Shown: positions 30,449 to 41,895 of the stretch, in pieces
Numbering within the stretch: the first letter of the stretch is position 1
Layout of the letters: each line of letters starts with the position of its first letter
Source: Trypanosoma brucei
Taxonomy: Eukaryota
Assembly: GCA_000002445.1 (NCBI GenBank)
Contig: CP000066.1
Span: forward strand, 160,001-224,000
DNA length: 64,000 nt
Direction: 5' to 3'
The notes under the pieces: model-generated
Databases searched by the model: none
Seen by the model: the letters and a program-made list of their open reading frames with translations, nothing else
What the model was told of the DNA's origin: nothing
Translations under genes and position numbers: made by a program

Positions 30449-31294
30449 TCACACTTCGATGCTAGATCGCAGCGCGTGCTCCACAAGTGATCCCACCGTG
30501 AAGCTGAACAGGCCGCTTACAACTCCATTAAAAACCATTAGAGCTGCGGAACGTAACATGCTTACACCCGACAGATACCCCCTTAACATCCCAAGTACGA
30601 TGAGCGCACAAGTGGCCAGGAAGCAGGACAACGCAAAAACGCCATCAATCCCTTTTCCCTTCCCGGGAAGGTACGCCAACAGTGGGACGGCACCGAAGAA
30701 CATAAAGGACAAGAACATGACCAGGCCTTGCTTTTTGGGCCCGTGCGTGTCTTCTGTATCAATAATAATCCCCAGTTCTTCGGTCATCATAAAGTCCACA
30801 AAAAGTTTTGGGTCTTTCGATATGATGTTCACTATGGTTGTGGCATCTTCGTGGGAGAGACCCTTCATCTCATAAATTTGCACCATTTCGTCCACCTCCA
30901 TATCAAAAGCATTTTCGACTTCCCATTCCTCGCGTCGCCTCTCACTTAGAGCATTATCTCGTTCAGCTTCACCCGAAACATATTCACCGAATCCCATGGC
31001 AAAACCATCTGCAATGACATTCGAGAAACCAAATATCAGGACGGAGGCAACGCTGCTGTTGCTACCAACAGCAGCGGAAACGACTGTAAAACTCGTTATA
31101 ATTCCGTCCAGTCCCCCAAATACCACGGACTTCACGTAATCCGATGCAGAGGGGTTGTGGACCTCTTTGTAAATGTGCTTTTGATGTTCCATTCGGGACA
31201 TTTCGATGTCACCGGTTTCAAAGGCCTTTCGGGCGGCCGATATGCTCTTATAATTCCTTGCCCCACTTACATCAATTTTTTCTGATTCGGACAT
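30449..31294 (-). CDS. Vacuolar iron transporter (VIT1/CCC1) family membrane protein
   Basis: Family signature GGLDGIITSFTVVSAAVG. Helices separated by an acidic metal-binding loop (EAERDNALSERRREEWEVENAFDMEVDEM). Three further C-terminal TM helices. Caller start at 31303 is TTG; first ATG at 31294. Confidence 0.85.
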   Translation of the reverse strand: MSESEKIDVSGARNYKSISAARKAFETGDIEMSRMEHQKHIYKEVHNPSASDYVKSVVFGGLDGIITSFTVVSAAVGSNSSVASVLIFGFSNVIADGFAMGFGEYVSGEAERDNALSERRREEWEVENAFDMEVDEMVQIYEMKGLSHEDATTIVNIISKDPKLFVDFMMTEELGIIIDTEDTHGPKKQGLVMFLSFMFFGAVPLLAYLPGKGKGIDGVFALSCFLATCALIVLGMLRGYLSGVSMLRSAALMVFNGVVSGLFSFTVGSLVEHALRSSIEV

Positions 31295-31583
31295 GTCAGT
31301 CAAGAAGATGTTTCACTGGACCAAAATTAATGCAAGGGGCTTTATTTCCCTATTTCACGTTGTTACAAGAAAAAAAAGGGTGGGTTCAATAAGACCAAGG
31401 TGAAGCAACAAAAAAGGTCGGCATCCTTTCCCCTCTCCAATGGACGCGAACAGCTGCAACGATGTGTATTACCTCACGTATTTTCTATTCTCTCGCTTCG
31501 GTCTTTCAACCAATCAACAGTACGCAAGAAAGAAAAAGTACATGACAACGTGTGACAGTGTTCTCCCTATCCGATTCATCGTA

Positions 31584-32588
31584 TCAAGAACCGTAGCTGA
31601 GAAACAGCTCCTCACCAACCTTTATCTCCTTTGTGGAGCAAACCACAACGCGTCGATTTGACAACGGCTCTGTTTCGAGCAACACGCGTCGCCGCGTTCC
31701 CGGTGAAATGAAGTCAGACTGTACACAAGTGTGCAATGAACAGTTAGCCGCGTTAGATTCATCGCCCGCGATGGGTGTGCCTGAAGAATTTCCAGCCACA
31801 CTCGTAACTGGTGGATAACCAGTGGGGCTCCGAATAATGTCAATACCCGGCACTAGTGAGGGGAGAACATCGATACCTTGTTTTTCCTCCAACAGGTCAG
31901 CCAAATCTCCAGGAGAGGATGGCACACAGTCAACAGGTAACATGACACTGCGTTGGAGAACTGTACGATACGCCGCGCATAATTCGTCAACAGTGGGCAA
32001 CAGTGTTAATGGAATGCGGGAGGGATGTCGGCGCTGATTAAACCGAAGTATCGCATGTGTCGCGCGCAGCTGAGATCTCACCTGCGTTTCGAAATCCTTC
32101 AGATACGCCCGCCGTACCGGCTCATCCGCCACACCCGCTAACGCATCCGAAATGGCGGGATAACCACCAACATACGCCTCAACAAACGGGGAAGGCAGCT
32201 TTGGCAACAACGAGGAGGAGAGAAGTGGGGCAAATCCAACCTCGTGGCCCTGAGCCACGAGCCGAGTAGCACACGCCAAGCAGCTCGCCAACCACAAAGC
32301 CCGTGCAGTGGATATGTCAACACCACGACGCTGCAGGAACCTACACATTACGCGAATAGATGGCACTGCCACAGGTCGTAAGTCACCCCTCACCGTCTGT
32401 GCATTAAGCGTTGACAGGTACGGGACGGAAAGCACCACATCTCCAGCGCCAATTGGCTGATCTGCATGAAGAGAAAGTAACGGCATCAAACCTTGCATGC
32501 TTTGCCGAATGAACAATTTCTTGCTTACGATCCCATTTTGCGCGCACCACTCCCAGAAACCGGAAAAGGCTCCACCAGCATTCAACAT
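31584..32588 (-). CDS. SET-domain protein, RuBisCO-LSMT/SETD6-like class
   Basis: N-terminal SET-like segment (GAGDVVLSVPYLSTLN). C-terminal ...RRVVVCSTKEIKVGEELFLSYGS matches the conserved (K/R)xGEE(L/I)xxSYG end of the split SET domain of LSMT-like methyltransferases. ATG verified. Confidence 0.7.
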   Translation of the reverse strand: MLNAGGAFSGFWEWCAQNGIVSKKLFIRQSMQGLMPLLSLHADQPIGAGDVVLSVPYLSTLNAQTVRGDLRPVAVPSIRVMCRFLQRRGVDISTARALWLASCLACATRLVAQGHEVGFAPLLSSSLLPKLPSPFVEAYVGGYPAISDALAGVADEPVRRAYLKDFETQVRSQLRATHAILRFNQRRHPSRIPLTLLPTVDELCAAYRTVLQRSVMLPVDCVPSSPGDLADLLEEKQGIDVLPSLVPGIDIIRSPTGYPPVTSVAGNSSGTPIAGDESNAANCSLHTCVQSDFISPGTRRRVLLETEPLSNRRVVVCSTKEIKVGEELFLSYGS

Positions 32589-32820
32589 ACAAACTTACCC
32601 TACCAAAGGATTTGCGGCGCTCGATACCTTTTCTTCAACGAGCCCTTCTTCGTGCGGGTAACCGCAGTAACCCCAACTGCTCCATTACAATGGAAACACA
32701 AGGAAAAAATAAGAATGCAATGAAGGAAATTTGTGAACACCAGTCAAAGCAACCTGAAAAAAAATCAAAGAAAACAATTGCAATGGTAACAGATGGCCCC
32801 AGTCCTTCAGCGATAATGAG

Positions 32821-33387
32821 CTAGTAGTCGCTCGCTTGTACAGCGAACGGATCCTCGACACGTGTTATTCCACCCAGTTCCCGGTGCCTACGCCACCGCG
32901 GTTTTGGCACAACGTGGTTGACGCTAGGGTGCTGCCAGTAGTTTGGCCACGAGTTTGCCACATCCTGGTAACGGTGCGGAGCAAAATAGGCGTTGGAATC
33001 CGGAGTGGTGAAGCAAAGCATGGACGCCGCAGCCTTCTTACCATACTTGACCTCCATATTTTCGACTACTTTGGCATTGATTTCACGCTGCTGCTTGATC
33101 CGGTGCATCCAAATGGACCTACGGCGGATGGATTCCATGAGTTCTCGCATATGATAGTTCTCGCGCCGGTTTGGCACAAATTTAAATAAACCATTGGCGA
33201 GTGCATTCCCCGGGAACTTATTGTCAAATATCTTATCACGAACATAGAAGTGGCGAATTACCTCCCGATGCGCCTTGTGGAGCTGAATCAATTCATATGC
33301 AGAGGGATAAAACGTCATACGTCTAGGTACATTTTGCGTCCCAGCTACAACTGATCGGTACGAACCGCAACCGAACGCCCCCGACAT
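32821..33387 (-). CDS. Hypothetical protein (188 aa)
   Basis: Caller start is TTG; first ATG at 33387 (MSGAFGCGSYRSVVAGTQNV...). Basic, Trp/His-rich. No domain recognised. Confidence 0.5.
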   Translation of the reverse strand: MSGAFGCGSYRSVVAGTQNVPRRMTFYPSAYELIQLHKAHREVIRHFYVRDKIFDNKFPGNALANGLFKFVPNRRENYHMRELMESIRRRSIWMHRIKQQREINAKVVENMEVKYGKKAAASMLCFTTPDSNAYFAPHRYQDVANSWPNYWQHPSVNHVVPKPRWRRHRELGGITRVEDPFAVQASDY

Positions 33388-33728
33388 TACTAACAATGTG
33401 TGCTCGTTACACTCCTTTCCTTATCACTGCTTTTCACTGATATTCCTTTGGAATGGCACCTCCTTTGGCTACGAGGCACAGAATGAAGGAATAAACACAA
33501 ATTTGGCGAGGCACCTGTGCAGGAAGATACCGAAATACAAGAATCAGACGCGTCTCGCGAATTCATTTAAACGTTTTGTAAATAACCCCGTCTTCCTCCA
33601 TTCGTAGTGTCGCAAAAGAAATAGCCACACAAAAAGATTTGTCTCGATCCCCACAAAAACATCAGAGAAAACACGAAAGAGAGGGAAAGTTAGGCGTACA
33701 ATGCGCCCTCTGTGTGACACCCCAGATC

Positions 33729-34910
33729 CTACTTTTTGACAGCCTTTTTGTGTCCGGACGACGACTTCCGCTGCAATACGCCAGGCAACGCTACGGCACC
33801 GCGGTTCCTCTTCGTTCCCGCAGTAGATGCCTCCGAATTCACCTGCTTTTGTGGCTTCGTTATGGTAAAAAATTGGTCCAAGCGACCTTGGGTTTTCTTC
33901 GTAAGTGCGTCACGAAGCCGCTGAATACCCTTCAAAACGCGTTCCTTACTGAACAACTTTTCGTCGACAAGAAACTTTATCAGTCCCTCTTCGTCCGGCT
34001 CACGGAACTGGATATCGATCTCCTCACCCGGTGTTACCTCTGGTTCCAAGAAGAAGTTCCGCGCATCCTTGTAGTTGAACTCCTCTGGGACAACGTACCT
34101 CGTTCCGTCAAGTGACTCGATAAATGCCTCTAAACTCCCATACTTCTTGATACCCTCCCAGGCTTTATGGGGTCCAATTCCTGAAATTCTGGGGACGTAA
34201 TCACAACCAAGAAGAATACATAAATCTATGAACTGCTGCATTGAAAAACCGGAGGCTTCCAATATCTCATCGAGATGATACTCGGCAATGGGCCGCTTCT
34301 TCGCTTCACCATACGTTAAATGCCGCAACATCACCCGGGACCCAAACGCCAGGGCATCCATATCCTCTGTTCCTACCGCCCATGCCTTATTCTTTTTCAC
34401 CAGCTCAGCGCACTGGGCTTCTGCCTCAGAGGGTGCTTGAACAACAGGAATGCCCATTAAACGAAGTAGTGTCTTCACCTCCTCCATCTGATCCCTTCCC
34501 ACACGAACCATTCGCTTGCTCATCTTTTCCATGGCCTCATCATCTCCCTCCTCCTTTGCCTTTTCAAACTCATGCTTTGCATCCTCTGCCCTCTGACGCC
34601 GACTCTCAAGTTCAGAAGCCTTAAGGGTGGGCGGCTTACCATCAAACACGTATATAGGACGAAGTCCTTCATCTATCATTCTTAATGTACGAAAAAAAAT
34701 TCCACTTAAATGAGACGTAACATCCCCAGCTTCATTGGTCAACTCAACGCTCTGACCCTCTTGAAAGCCTTTCATGGCGATGACGAACTGATATACGGCC
34801 ATGGAGGCATCGATTGCGATGCGTCGACCGAAATAAACTTTCAGCTCTTGTTCCTTAATGGCGCCAGGAGTTCTGTCGTACAGAAGCTTCGAAAGGCCAA
34901 GAACACCCAT
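33729..34910 (-). CDS. FEN1: Flap endonuclease 1 (FEN1)
   Basis: N-terminus MGVLGLSKLLYDRTPGAIKEQELKVYFGRRIAIDASMAVYQFVIAMKG closely matches human FEN1 [46 protein letters not shown]. I-domain with GIPVVQAPSEAEAQCA. H3TH region. Basic C-terminal tail (KKAVKK) typical of the PCNA-binding/NLS end. ATG verified. Confidence 0.9.
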   Translation of the reverse strand: MGVLGLSKLLYDRTPGAIKEQELKVYFGRRIAIDASMAVYQFVIAMKGFQEGQSVELTNEAGDVTSHLSGIFFRTLRMIDEGLRPIYVFDGKPPTLKASELESRRQRAEDAKHEFEKAKEEGDDEAMEKMSKRMVRVGRDQMEEVKTLLRLMGIPVVQAPSEAEAQCAELVKKNKAWAVGTEDMDALAFGSRVMLRHLTYGEAKKRPIAEYHLDEILEASGFSMQQFIDLCILLGCDYVPRISGIGPHKAWEGIKKYGSLEAFIESLDGTRYVVPEEFNYKDARNFFLEPEVTPGEEIDIQFREPDEEGLIKFLVDEKLFSKERVLKGIQRLRDALTKKTQGRLDQFFTITKPQKQVNSEASTAGTKRNRGAVALPGVLQRKSSSGHKKAVKK

Positions 34911-35024
34911 TATCCTCGCCGGACTCGAGAATCAACGAAACACTTTCCGGAAAGAATTGTGAGGAAAGGCAGTAGCAAAAAGTGTGACATTTACTATGCA
35001 CAGCAGTAGAACGAGTTCGGGTTG

Positions 35025-35459
35025 AAAATACAAATAAATGCACAGACAAAAAAAATAATAAACAAACAAATGTATATTTAGTTAAGCAAAGAAGGTGCAG
35101 ATACTGGATAATTTTGCAACTCCTGTAGAATACAGTCTCCACTCCACTCATCACTACAAGGGGAGAAAAAAAATGGAGAAGAAAACACGCACTCGCATGC
35201 CGAATGACTCACAACATACACACATACTTTGCAACCCAATGTCTACTGGCCTTAATAAGCACATTCACATCAGAAATATATCGGCACATCAGGAGGCAAC
35301 AAATGTTTTGGATGGTGTAAAAGAAATATTTCCTCATGTTTGTCTAGTGGAATCATCCTCTTGTCAGCTCAGTCATATTATAAGTTTATTATTGCGTGTA
35401 ACTTCTTCACACATTCATATTTTTCCCCCTTTCCTTTTGGAAGTGCTTTAGAGTTGACC
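35025..35459 (-). repeat. Dispersed intergenic repeat, copy 3 (full-length, about 435 bp)
   Basis: Occupies 435 of the 574 bp between the stop of the 35485-36651 gene and the FEN1 start codon. Same orientation as copies 1 and 2. Confidence 0.9.
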
Positions 35460-35484
35460 GATGCTGCGTCGTCTCCTCTCTTCC

Positions 35485-36651
35485 TTAAGGGGTTTGCAAC
35501 AACCAAGATAGCACTCCTATCGCGCATGAAATCAAAACCAATACGGCTACGTGAAGCGAATAGTCACCCTTATTCCTCCGTCCGTCACCGTCAGTGACGT
35601 TTCCAGGGCCAGCAGCTGCTAGCAGCTGTTGCTCACCGCTAGTTTTATCCACCGACATTTTCGTTGAGGTGAAATGAGGCTCTAGAAGAACTCGAGACGA
35701 TGATAGTCTCTCCCCTGCACCGTCCTCAATCAACTCCCTCACTTGTCTCCACTGCTCCCGAGTGTGACCGGTCGCATCGCCAGTAGTGTGAATATATGCC
35801 CATTGGTAAATCAATGCAGGATTCCTCAGAGAACAAACACGAAGAATCCTTACCTGTGGTTGCTCACCAATTTTATCAATAAAACTAACGATGCTACGGT
35901 AAATATCTAACCCACAGGTATGCTGTGGGGCGAATGTTACATGTACGCAAATCAGCTCATCGTCCAAGTCTCTCTTTGCACCCAACTGCACAGCGTAAAT
36001 ATCCTTATATAGGTTCCAAATGTCACAATCCGCAAGCAAACGGCTACTGCGCAAGTCAACTATAGGGGAACTCGTCGTCGCACGGCCCCTTGCCCTTAGA
36101 ACAAGTGGCAATTTATCTAGTGGAGACACCAAATAACAGGGTAACGACACGAACGTTATTTCCGCTGTTGTAACCTTAAGTTCTACCCTACCACCAGGTT
36201 GAAGCAACTCGCATTTCTTCACCGCGCTATCTCCCCATATCACTGCGAAGAGTAAATTCACGCGAGGATTTTCTTTCAACAAACTTCGCAACTGAATAGT
36301 TGAGTATCCGCCGGTGTCTGAAAGCATAACGCCTAAAAAAAGAACACCACAGGGTAAAATCTGTTCAAGACAGTCTACCTGTTCAGAGATGACCTCAAGA
36401 TCCAGGCAAGGAATAGCGTCAAAGACGGTGCATACAGCATGAGCGTTGCTCGAGCCGTTCCTACAGACGCTACGCTGTCCCACCAAAATGGAGGGATTAA
36501 ACGACTCGCCAGTGGGAAGGGCACTCGGTGGAAGCACCACAGAAACATTCATGCCCCCAACAAACACCCTAGTAAAGACTTCTTTTGCTTCGTTGGTTTG
36601 GACAGGTAGAGAAGTGAGAAATTCAGTGGCGCCAACTAACCAGGCAAACAT
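35485..36651 (-). CDS. Hypothetical protein with N-terminal signal peptide and C-terminal TM helix (type I membrane topology predicted)
   Basis: Caller start at 36657 is GTG; first ATG at 36651 (MFAWLVGATEFLTSLPV...). C-terminal YSLHVAVLVLISCAIGVLSWLL is hydrophobic. No catalytic motif recognised. Confidence 0.55.
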   Translation of the reverse strand: MFAWLVGATEFLTSLPVQTNEAKEVFTRVFVGGMNVSVVLPPSALPTGESFNPSILVGQRSVCRNGSSNAHAVCTVFDAIPCLDLEVISEQVDCLEQILPCGVLFLGVMLSDTGGYSTIQLRSLLKENPRVNLLFAVIWGDSAVKKCELLQPGGRVELKVTTAEITFVSLPCYLVSPLDKLPLVLRARGRATTSSPIVDLRSSRLLADCDIWNLYKDIYAVQLGAKRDLDDELICVHVTFAPQHTCGLDIYRSIVSFIDKIGEQPQVRILRVCSLRNPALIYQWAYIHTTGDATGHTREQWRQVRELIEDGAGERLSSSRVLLEPHFTSTKMSVDKTSGEQQLLAAAGPGNVTDGDGRRNKGDYSLHVAVLVLISCAIGVLSWLLQTP

Positions 36652-38107
36652 GCACACTACCTTGTGATCGTCAGCAATGCGGTGACTTCCATGGGGTTAA
36701 AGTTGGTTACAGTTGCACCACAAGCTATTAAGGCAACGAGCGGTAGCCTTTAAATGAATAAAAACAATGATCTCAACACACAGCCGAAGTACTTGGCAGC
36801 ACTCCAGGTAGAATGGTTACTTCGCCACAACTTCATTCGATGCACATATTTCTAAGTGTATAGACAGTTCTTTCCTCTCTTTTCCCCTCCCAGAGTGGGT
36901 GGAGTGTGCTGTTACAGCTCCAGCCACTTTCCTACACCCGCCATTATACAGTGGCCATACAAGCCATTCGCTGAAGCGGGTCGCTTTCAAAATGTGGACC
37001 GCGGGAGAATGCAATGACGGTCCGTCACAAATAATGAAGGTCGCAACAAATGATAATAATAAAAATAATAGACGGGTACTGCGGAAGAATACAAAAATAG
37101 CACTAAAAGAACAGAGGGTTGCACACAGAGGCTAAAGTAACGACCAAGGCGGGTCAAACAAATGGGAAGAGTAACGGGTGAACGAGCAACTTACATACAT
37201 TTGCCACCTGACTAATATGAAGGACTAATGTAAGTAGATTCACTTTCTGTGGAAAGTACTTGCGATCTTCGGTGCCCTTTAACTCCTGTCCTACTACTGG
37301 AGTTTGGTACAAACTTGGGGTTATTTACTTCTTTGTTTGTTCTTTTTTTTTTTAATATGATCACTAACACAAAAGCAGGAAACGGCATGGATATCGAACA
37401 TCGTACATTTACAAGATGATTTTTACTATTAGCATACGGGTCGTTCTGTGTTACCCAATGCAACAACTTTTCTCGTTGCATGACCCAATTTCCCCAACTT
37501 ACCCATTCCTCTTTCGCACCCTAGGCATCGTGTCCGTGACACACAGCAATAACCACCACCTTTTCTCCGGACTGAGTTAAAGCAAAAAATAATTATGACA
37601 GCAAAACCCATTTTTTTTTTTTACAAATAATCACATATGATGCAGGGGATAGAATTAGCTAAACCCCCTTTAAAAAAAAAAATAGCATTAAAAAAAACTG
37701 TCGGCCAACACCTGGAAACATGAAGAACATGGGAATACAGTGCCCATACGTATTTAGAAAAGTTATTGAAGAACAACCTTCTGTTGCTTAACGATACCAA
37801 TATCATGTACAAAAAATAAAATAAGCAAATACAATTGCTGAGTATAGGGATAACACTTACGTTGACAATGTGCGCTAATGCCGCCTTTCCGAATTTAAGA
37901 GATTGCTGTGATTACATCGCCTATACGTTGGCTGTCGCCTCGCACGTCCGAACAAGCTTCAGCAAGAAAAGAAAGTTCTCCTGTACTCCACCTTGCAATC
38001 AACCTCCCCATCAGTCATTCACAGCGATAAGTGAATTACAGTTTTTTCCCCCGTGTCTTGACTTTTTCCATATTGAATCGACGACAGTCGAAGGGAACCA
38101 ACAATGG

Positions 38108-40372
38108 TCACGCACGTTCCCCTACGCTTTTTGTTGTATCCACACCATCCACTACGGTGTCTGGGAGCTCGCTACCTACCACTTCAGGCAGTCTTGTTAG
38201 ATTAATCGATCGATTTAGCACGCGCCTCGGCTCCACACAATGCTTGCTGCGACCGGTGGAAGATATTTCAGGTAGTACGAGGGAGCCGGAGCGATTCATC
38301 AGCCGACGGCCACTACTTGCGCTACCTTCATAAATTACTCCGCCTTTTGCTGAAGGAGTAGCGTCTTCCCCAACTAACCCTGATTCGCTATCCAACTCAA
38401 ATATTTCAATCATTGCTTCATCCGGCACAAACGAGTACTTCAACTGACGCGACATACGAAGTCCATCAGGGCGGTGTCGTCTTCTCTTTTTCTCTGAAGA
38501 GGCAACCGCAGAATGATTGAGTGAAGTACTATAATACTTGTCCCCAATTTCCATCGAACCACCGAGAACGCCAACATACACAGAATCTTTTGATGCATCT
38601 CCATGTCCTTTGCACGGTGTTGTTCTAGTCGGATATACCTTGTAGACGATGTCCCTCTTTTCAATCTCCCCAGCGAACTCGCCAGGAACTTCCAGCAACG
38701 AAAAACTTGAGCGAGACACTCCTTTCTTTGAGCGACGGCTTTGTCCTTGTCTGTCTTTTCGTGGGGTTTTGGTGGCGTTTCTTGTGCCTAATGAAGGTAT
38801 GATCTTTATGTCTTCTGCCGTTTCGGGAATTTCACAACCTTCATTAACTTCAAGATCTGAGAATGTAATCGAACGCTCGTTGACTTTGTGTGCGCGACGC
38901 CTTTTGGAAGGATAGAGAGTCTTCTTGTCACACGATTCATGTCGAATCACGGACAGGCTGAGCGAATCCAACTCACTTGCCACAACATCATCAAGAAGTG
39001 ATATATTACGGTTCGGTGGATGCTTCCGCCGTTTTTTCCTCGAACACTTCTCAGCAGGTTGGTTGGGGTGTTCATTCAATGCGACGCCACCGCTTCGGTG
39101 GCGCCGCATTTCGGACGTCTCTTCCTCCACAATCTCACCTGCAAAGTCATCAAAAATAACATCCACAAGTTGTGAAACATGGTTTTTATTCACACGCTTC
39201 CTACGGATGTGTCTTGGAGACTCTGCCAGCGTTGTTACCATTACCGATGCATAGCTCCTATTTTCTGATGGCAAAACCTTTGTGCGGCTTTCCACCATCC
39301 TGATCTGCGGCATAGTCAACACCGACTCTTTAACGTCGCCGGGACAGCCTTCCCTACAAAACAAGTCACCAGCTGGCTTACTGACAACAGTACAGGTGCC
39401 CCCGATCCACTCATTTACAGCAATTGGTATAGTGATTCCTCTCATTACGCAATGCTTCCTCACGACAGTCCCTGCGTCCCCATCGTGTTTCGACACCGCG
39501 TTTGATATTGTTATCTCTGGAATCTTATTGACAGCCTCTTTGATTTGTTTATCGATACACTCCAGAGCCTCCATCTCGTCATTCCCAGCTGTTTTCAGCT
39601 TCATTTCCCTCGCTTCAATATAAGCTGCCACCTGTTTTAGATGATATAACTGCTCCTTAAAGCTAGGGTTATCCCAATCAACATCTTCAAACTCCTCCGG
39701 AGTAACCTCCACATCGGGATCCCGCAAACGCTTTATCAATTTTTTTATGCATGTGGTTTGAAGTGGATCTTCCGGCGGCGTGGTACCGGGGATTCGCTCC
39801 CCTGACTCAACAGCTTCATATACCTTCTCTTGAAAACAGCCTTGGGCGGGGTGAGCACGACCACGGCATATGCTAATATTAAAGTAATCGTCAGATACGC
39901 TTGTCCCTTCGTAGCTGTCACCATCTTCGTCAGTATGATAAACTACTGCTTCCGGTTGAGCTGATACAGCGCGACCGGTTCTCACCACAAGTGAAAAATG
40001 AAGTGGCTGAAAGTCTGCGCTATTATCTGATGAGTAGTATGAGCTGGTTTCCTCCTCTTCTTCCTCACCGATCGTAGCTGAGTAGATTCTCTCTGGAATA
40101 TAGCCGATGCCCCTATTATCCCTCCCCCGAAATTGACTAGCACGAAGCGGGGAGACATCGCTTTCTCCAAAAGAACCCGAGTCAGTACTGTCAACAGATG
40201 AAGTCTCGAAGTCAGCCCCGCCCCGTCGAGATATACTGGACAACGAGTAGCGCGAAAACTTTGCTTCACAATGATCTTTTACAGAACGCTGTTTACAAAT
40301 TCCGCTACATGGTAACCCGTCCCACTCGGACTTCAGGATTCCAGATAAGCTAGCTTCGCTCGCCAACGTCAT
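38108..40372 (-). CDS. Hypothetical protein (754 aa), Ser/Glu/Arg-rich and largely low-complexity or disordered
   Basis: ATG verified. Long ORF in array orientation. Many S/E/R/K-rich stretches. No recognised domain. Confidence 0.6.
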   Translation of the reverse strand: MTLASEASLSGILKSEWDGLPCSGICKQRSVKDHCEAKFSRYSLSSISRRGGADFETSSVDSTDSGSFGESDVSPLRASQFRGRDNRGIGYIPERIYSATIGEEEEEETSSYYSSDNSADFQPLHFSLVVRTGRAVSAQPEAVVYHTDEDGDSYEGTSVSDDYFNISICRGRAHPAQGCFQEKVYEAVESGERIPGTTPPEDPLQTTCIKKLIKRLRDPDVEVTPEEFEDVDWDNPSFKEQLYHLKQVAAYIEAREMKLKTAGNDEMEALECIDKQIKEAVNKIPEITISNAVSKHDGDAGTVVRKHCVMRGITIPIAVNEWIGGTCTVVSKPAGDLFCREGCPGDVKESVLTMPQIRMVESRTKVLPSENRSYASVMVTTLAESPRHIRRKRVNKNHVSQLVDVIFDDFAGEIVEEETSEMRRHRSGGVALNEHPNQPAEKCSRKKRRKHPPNRNISLLDDVVASELDSLSLSVIRHESCDKKTLYPSKRRRAHKVNERSITFSDLEVNEGCEIPETAEDIKIIPSLGTRNATKTPRKDRQGQSRRSKKGVSRSSFSLLEVPGEFAGEIEKRDIVYKVYPTRTTPCKGHGDASKDSVYVGVLGGSMEIGDKYYSTSLNHSAVASSEKKRRRHRPDGLRMSRQLKYSFVPDEAMIEIFELDSESGLVGEDATPSAKGGVIYEGSASSGRRLMNRSGSLVLPEISSTGRSKHCVEPRRVLNRSINLTRLPEVVGSELPDTVVDGVDTTKSVGERA

Positions 40373-41448
40373 GACGAAAAAGTCCCAATGTGCAAAAAAA
40401 AAGGTTATATATGTACAGATATATACTTTTCCCTACTGTGAACCTGACTCGCTAAACCTTGGTGCAAGAAAAGAAGGAACACGACTGTGTGAGCCACTTC
40501 GGTCAACGGGTAAGAGAATTGAGTATTTTTTTTCCATCATTTTCTTCGAGGAGCAAAGTTACGGTAGGGTGCCAACGCCAAAACAACCATCCTTCACAAA
40601 ATGCTAACGGTAAACGCCTGCTAACTACAGTTGGCTGATGCTGCAAAAATGTCTTCTCGCCCTTCATGAAATGTTGGAGTTTCACTGACGCGCGAACCCC
40701 CCCCCCCCTCCTCCTCAGGCATGTAGAACTTGGCAACTACCATCAGCCAGTGGTGACCTCCCAAACAATATAACCAATATCGTGCGCAGCACTACAATCA
40801 CAAAGAAAACTTCTCCAAACATCCGGAATGCATAAAGCATGGTAAGATCTGCAGCTCTGATAGCTAACTCTCAACCAGGTTTCCCCCAGGAGCTGCCCGT
40901 AACAGTTGTTTTGCTCAGCGAAGAAAAAGGTGCTCAAACAATTCACACGCAAAAAACATAATAACACTCATCGATGTGATCAATCACCATAGCATATGTC
41001 TGTGGAGTTCTTATGGGGAACAAACACACCTTCACACATTTGATTTTTTCGCTAAGGAAGGAGCACTAAGAGAATAGCGATACGACGGTAAATATTTCTA
41101 GGGAATGAGCCCACAAGAAAGTATTGGTGGAACTCCTCCAAGAACATCGTACAGTTTCTCAAGAAATAGATAACCCGAACACCAGGGGGGAAAACGTTCA
41201 CAAAAAAAAAGACCTCTTCACCCAACGTACGACGTTTGCATGATCCTACCCCCTTCATTTCCTTAAGTTAGTGATGTGCACGGTAATATTTACTGCCGAA
41301 GTGATAATCATTCATCCACCATAAATTACTTTCTGCAATCACTCACAACCAACGTTTACACCCTTCATTACAACCTTTTCCTCCATGTTGTTATGGGCGC
41401 GCGTTTAGCGCCTATTACGACATCCCTAACTAGTATCATGAACAGCTC

Positions 41449-41895
41449 TTACTTGGCCATTGGGTTCTGAGAAATGTACTCCACTGCATCGGTAATAGAC
41501 TGAATTTTCTCGGCATCATGATCTGGGATGTCTAAAATAAACTCTTGCTCGATAGCAAAAACAACTTCAACAACGTCCAGTGAGTTCAATCCAAGATCAT
41601 TGACGAAGTGTGACTGCGGTGTTACCTTTGAGGCATCGACTTTCTCAAAGTTTTTGACGACTTCAAGTACACGTGTCAGAACGTCATCTTTGTTTAGGAG
41701 GTACTGCCCAGTTCGACCGGCTTCCTCCCCCGCTGCGTGACCTTCAGAGTGAAACCGAACAGGAAGGTACATCGGAATAGTAACAGCTTGAGTAGCCATA
41801 ACCTTCCATGTCGACACTGCGTGGCACCGGCCACGGAGTAGAGAATAAGCGCCAACCTGTGTGGCAAACTTCCTTGCAAGTTGAGACCGCTGCAT
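41449..41895 (-). CDS. ACP: Mitochondrial acyl carrier protein (ACP)
   Basis: Phosphopantetheine-attachment region DLGLNSLDVVEVVFAIEQEFILDIPDHDAEKIQSITDAVEYI (DLGxDSLDxVE...EFxxxIPDxxAEKI pattern of type II ACPs). Caller start at 41961 is GTG; first ATG at 41895 gives MQRSQLARKFATQ..., a presequence-like N-terminus. Stop verified. Confidence 0.85.
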   Translation of the reverse strand: MQRSQLARKFATQVGAYSLLRGRCHAVSTWKVMATQAVTIPMYLPVRFHSEGHAAGEEAGRTGQYLLNKDDVLTRVLEVVKNFEKVDASKVTPQSHFVNDLGLNSLDVVEVVFAIEQEFILDIPDHDAEKIQSITDAVEYISQNPMAK

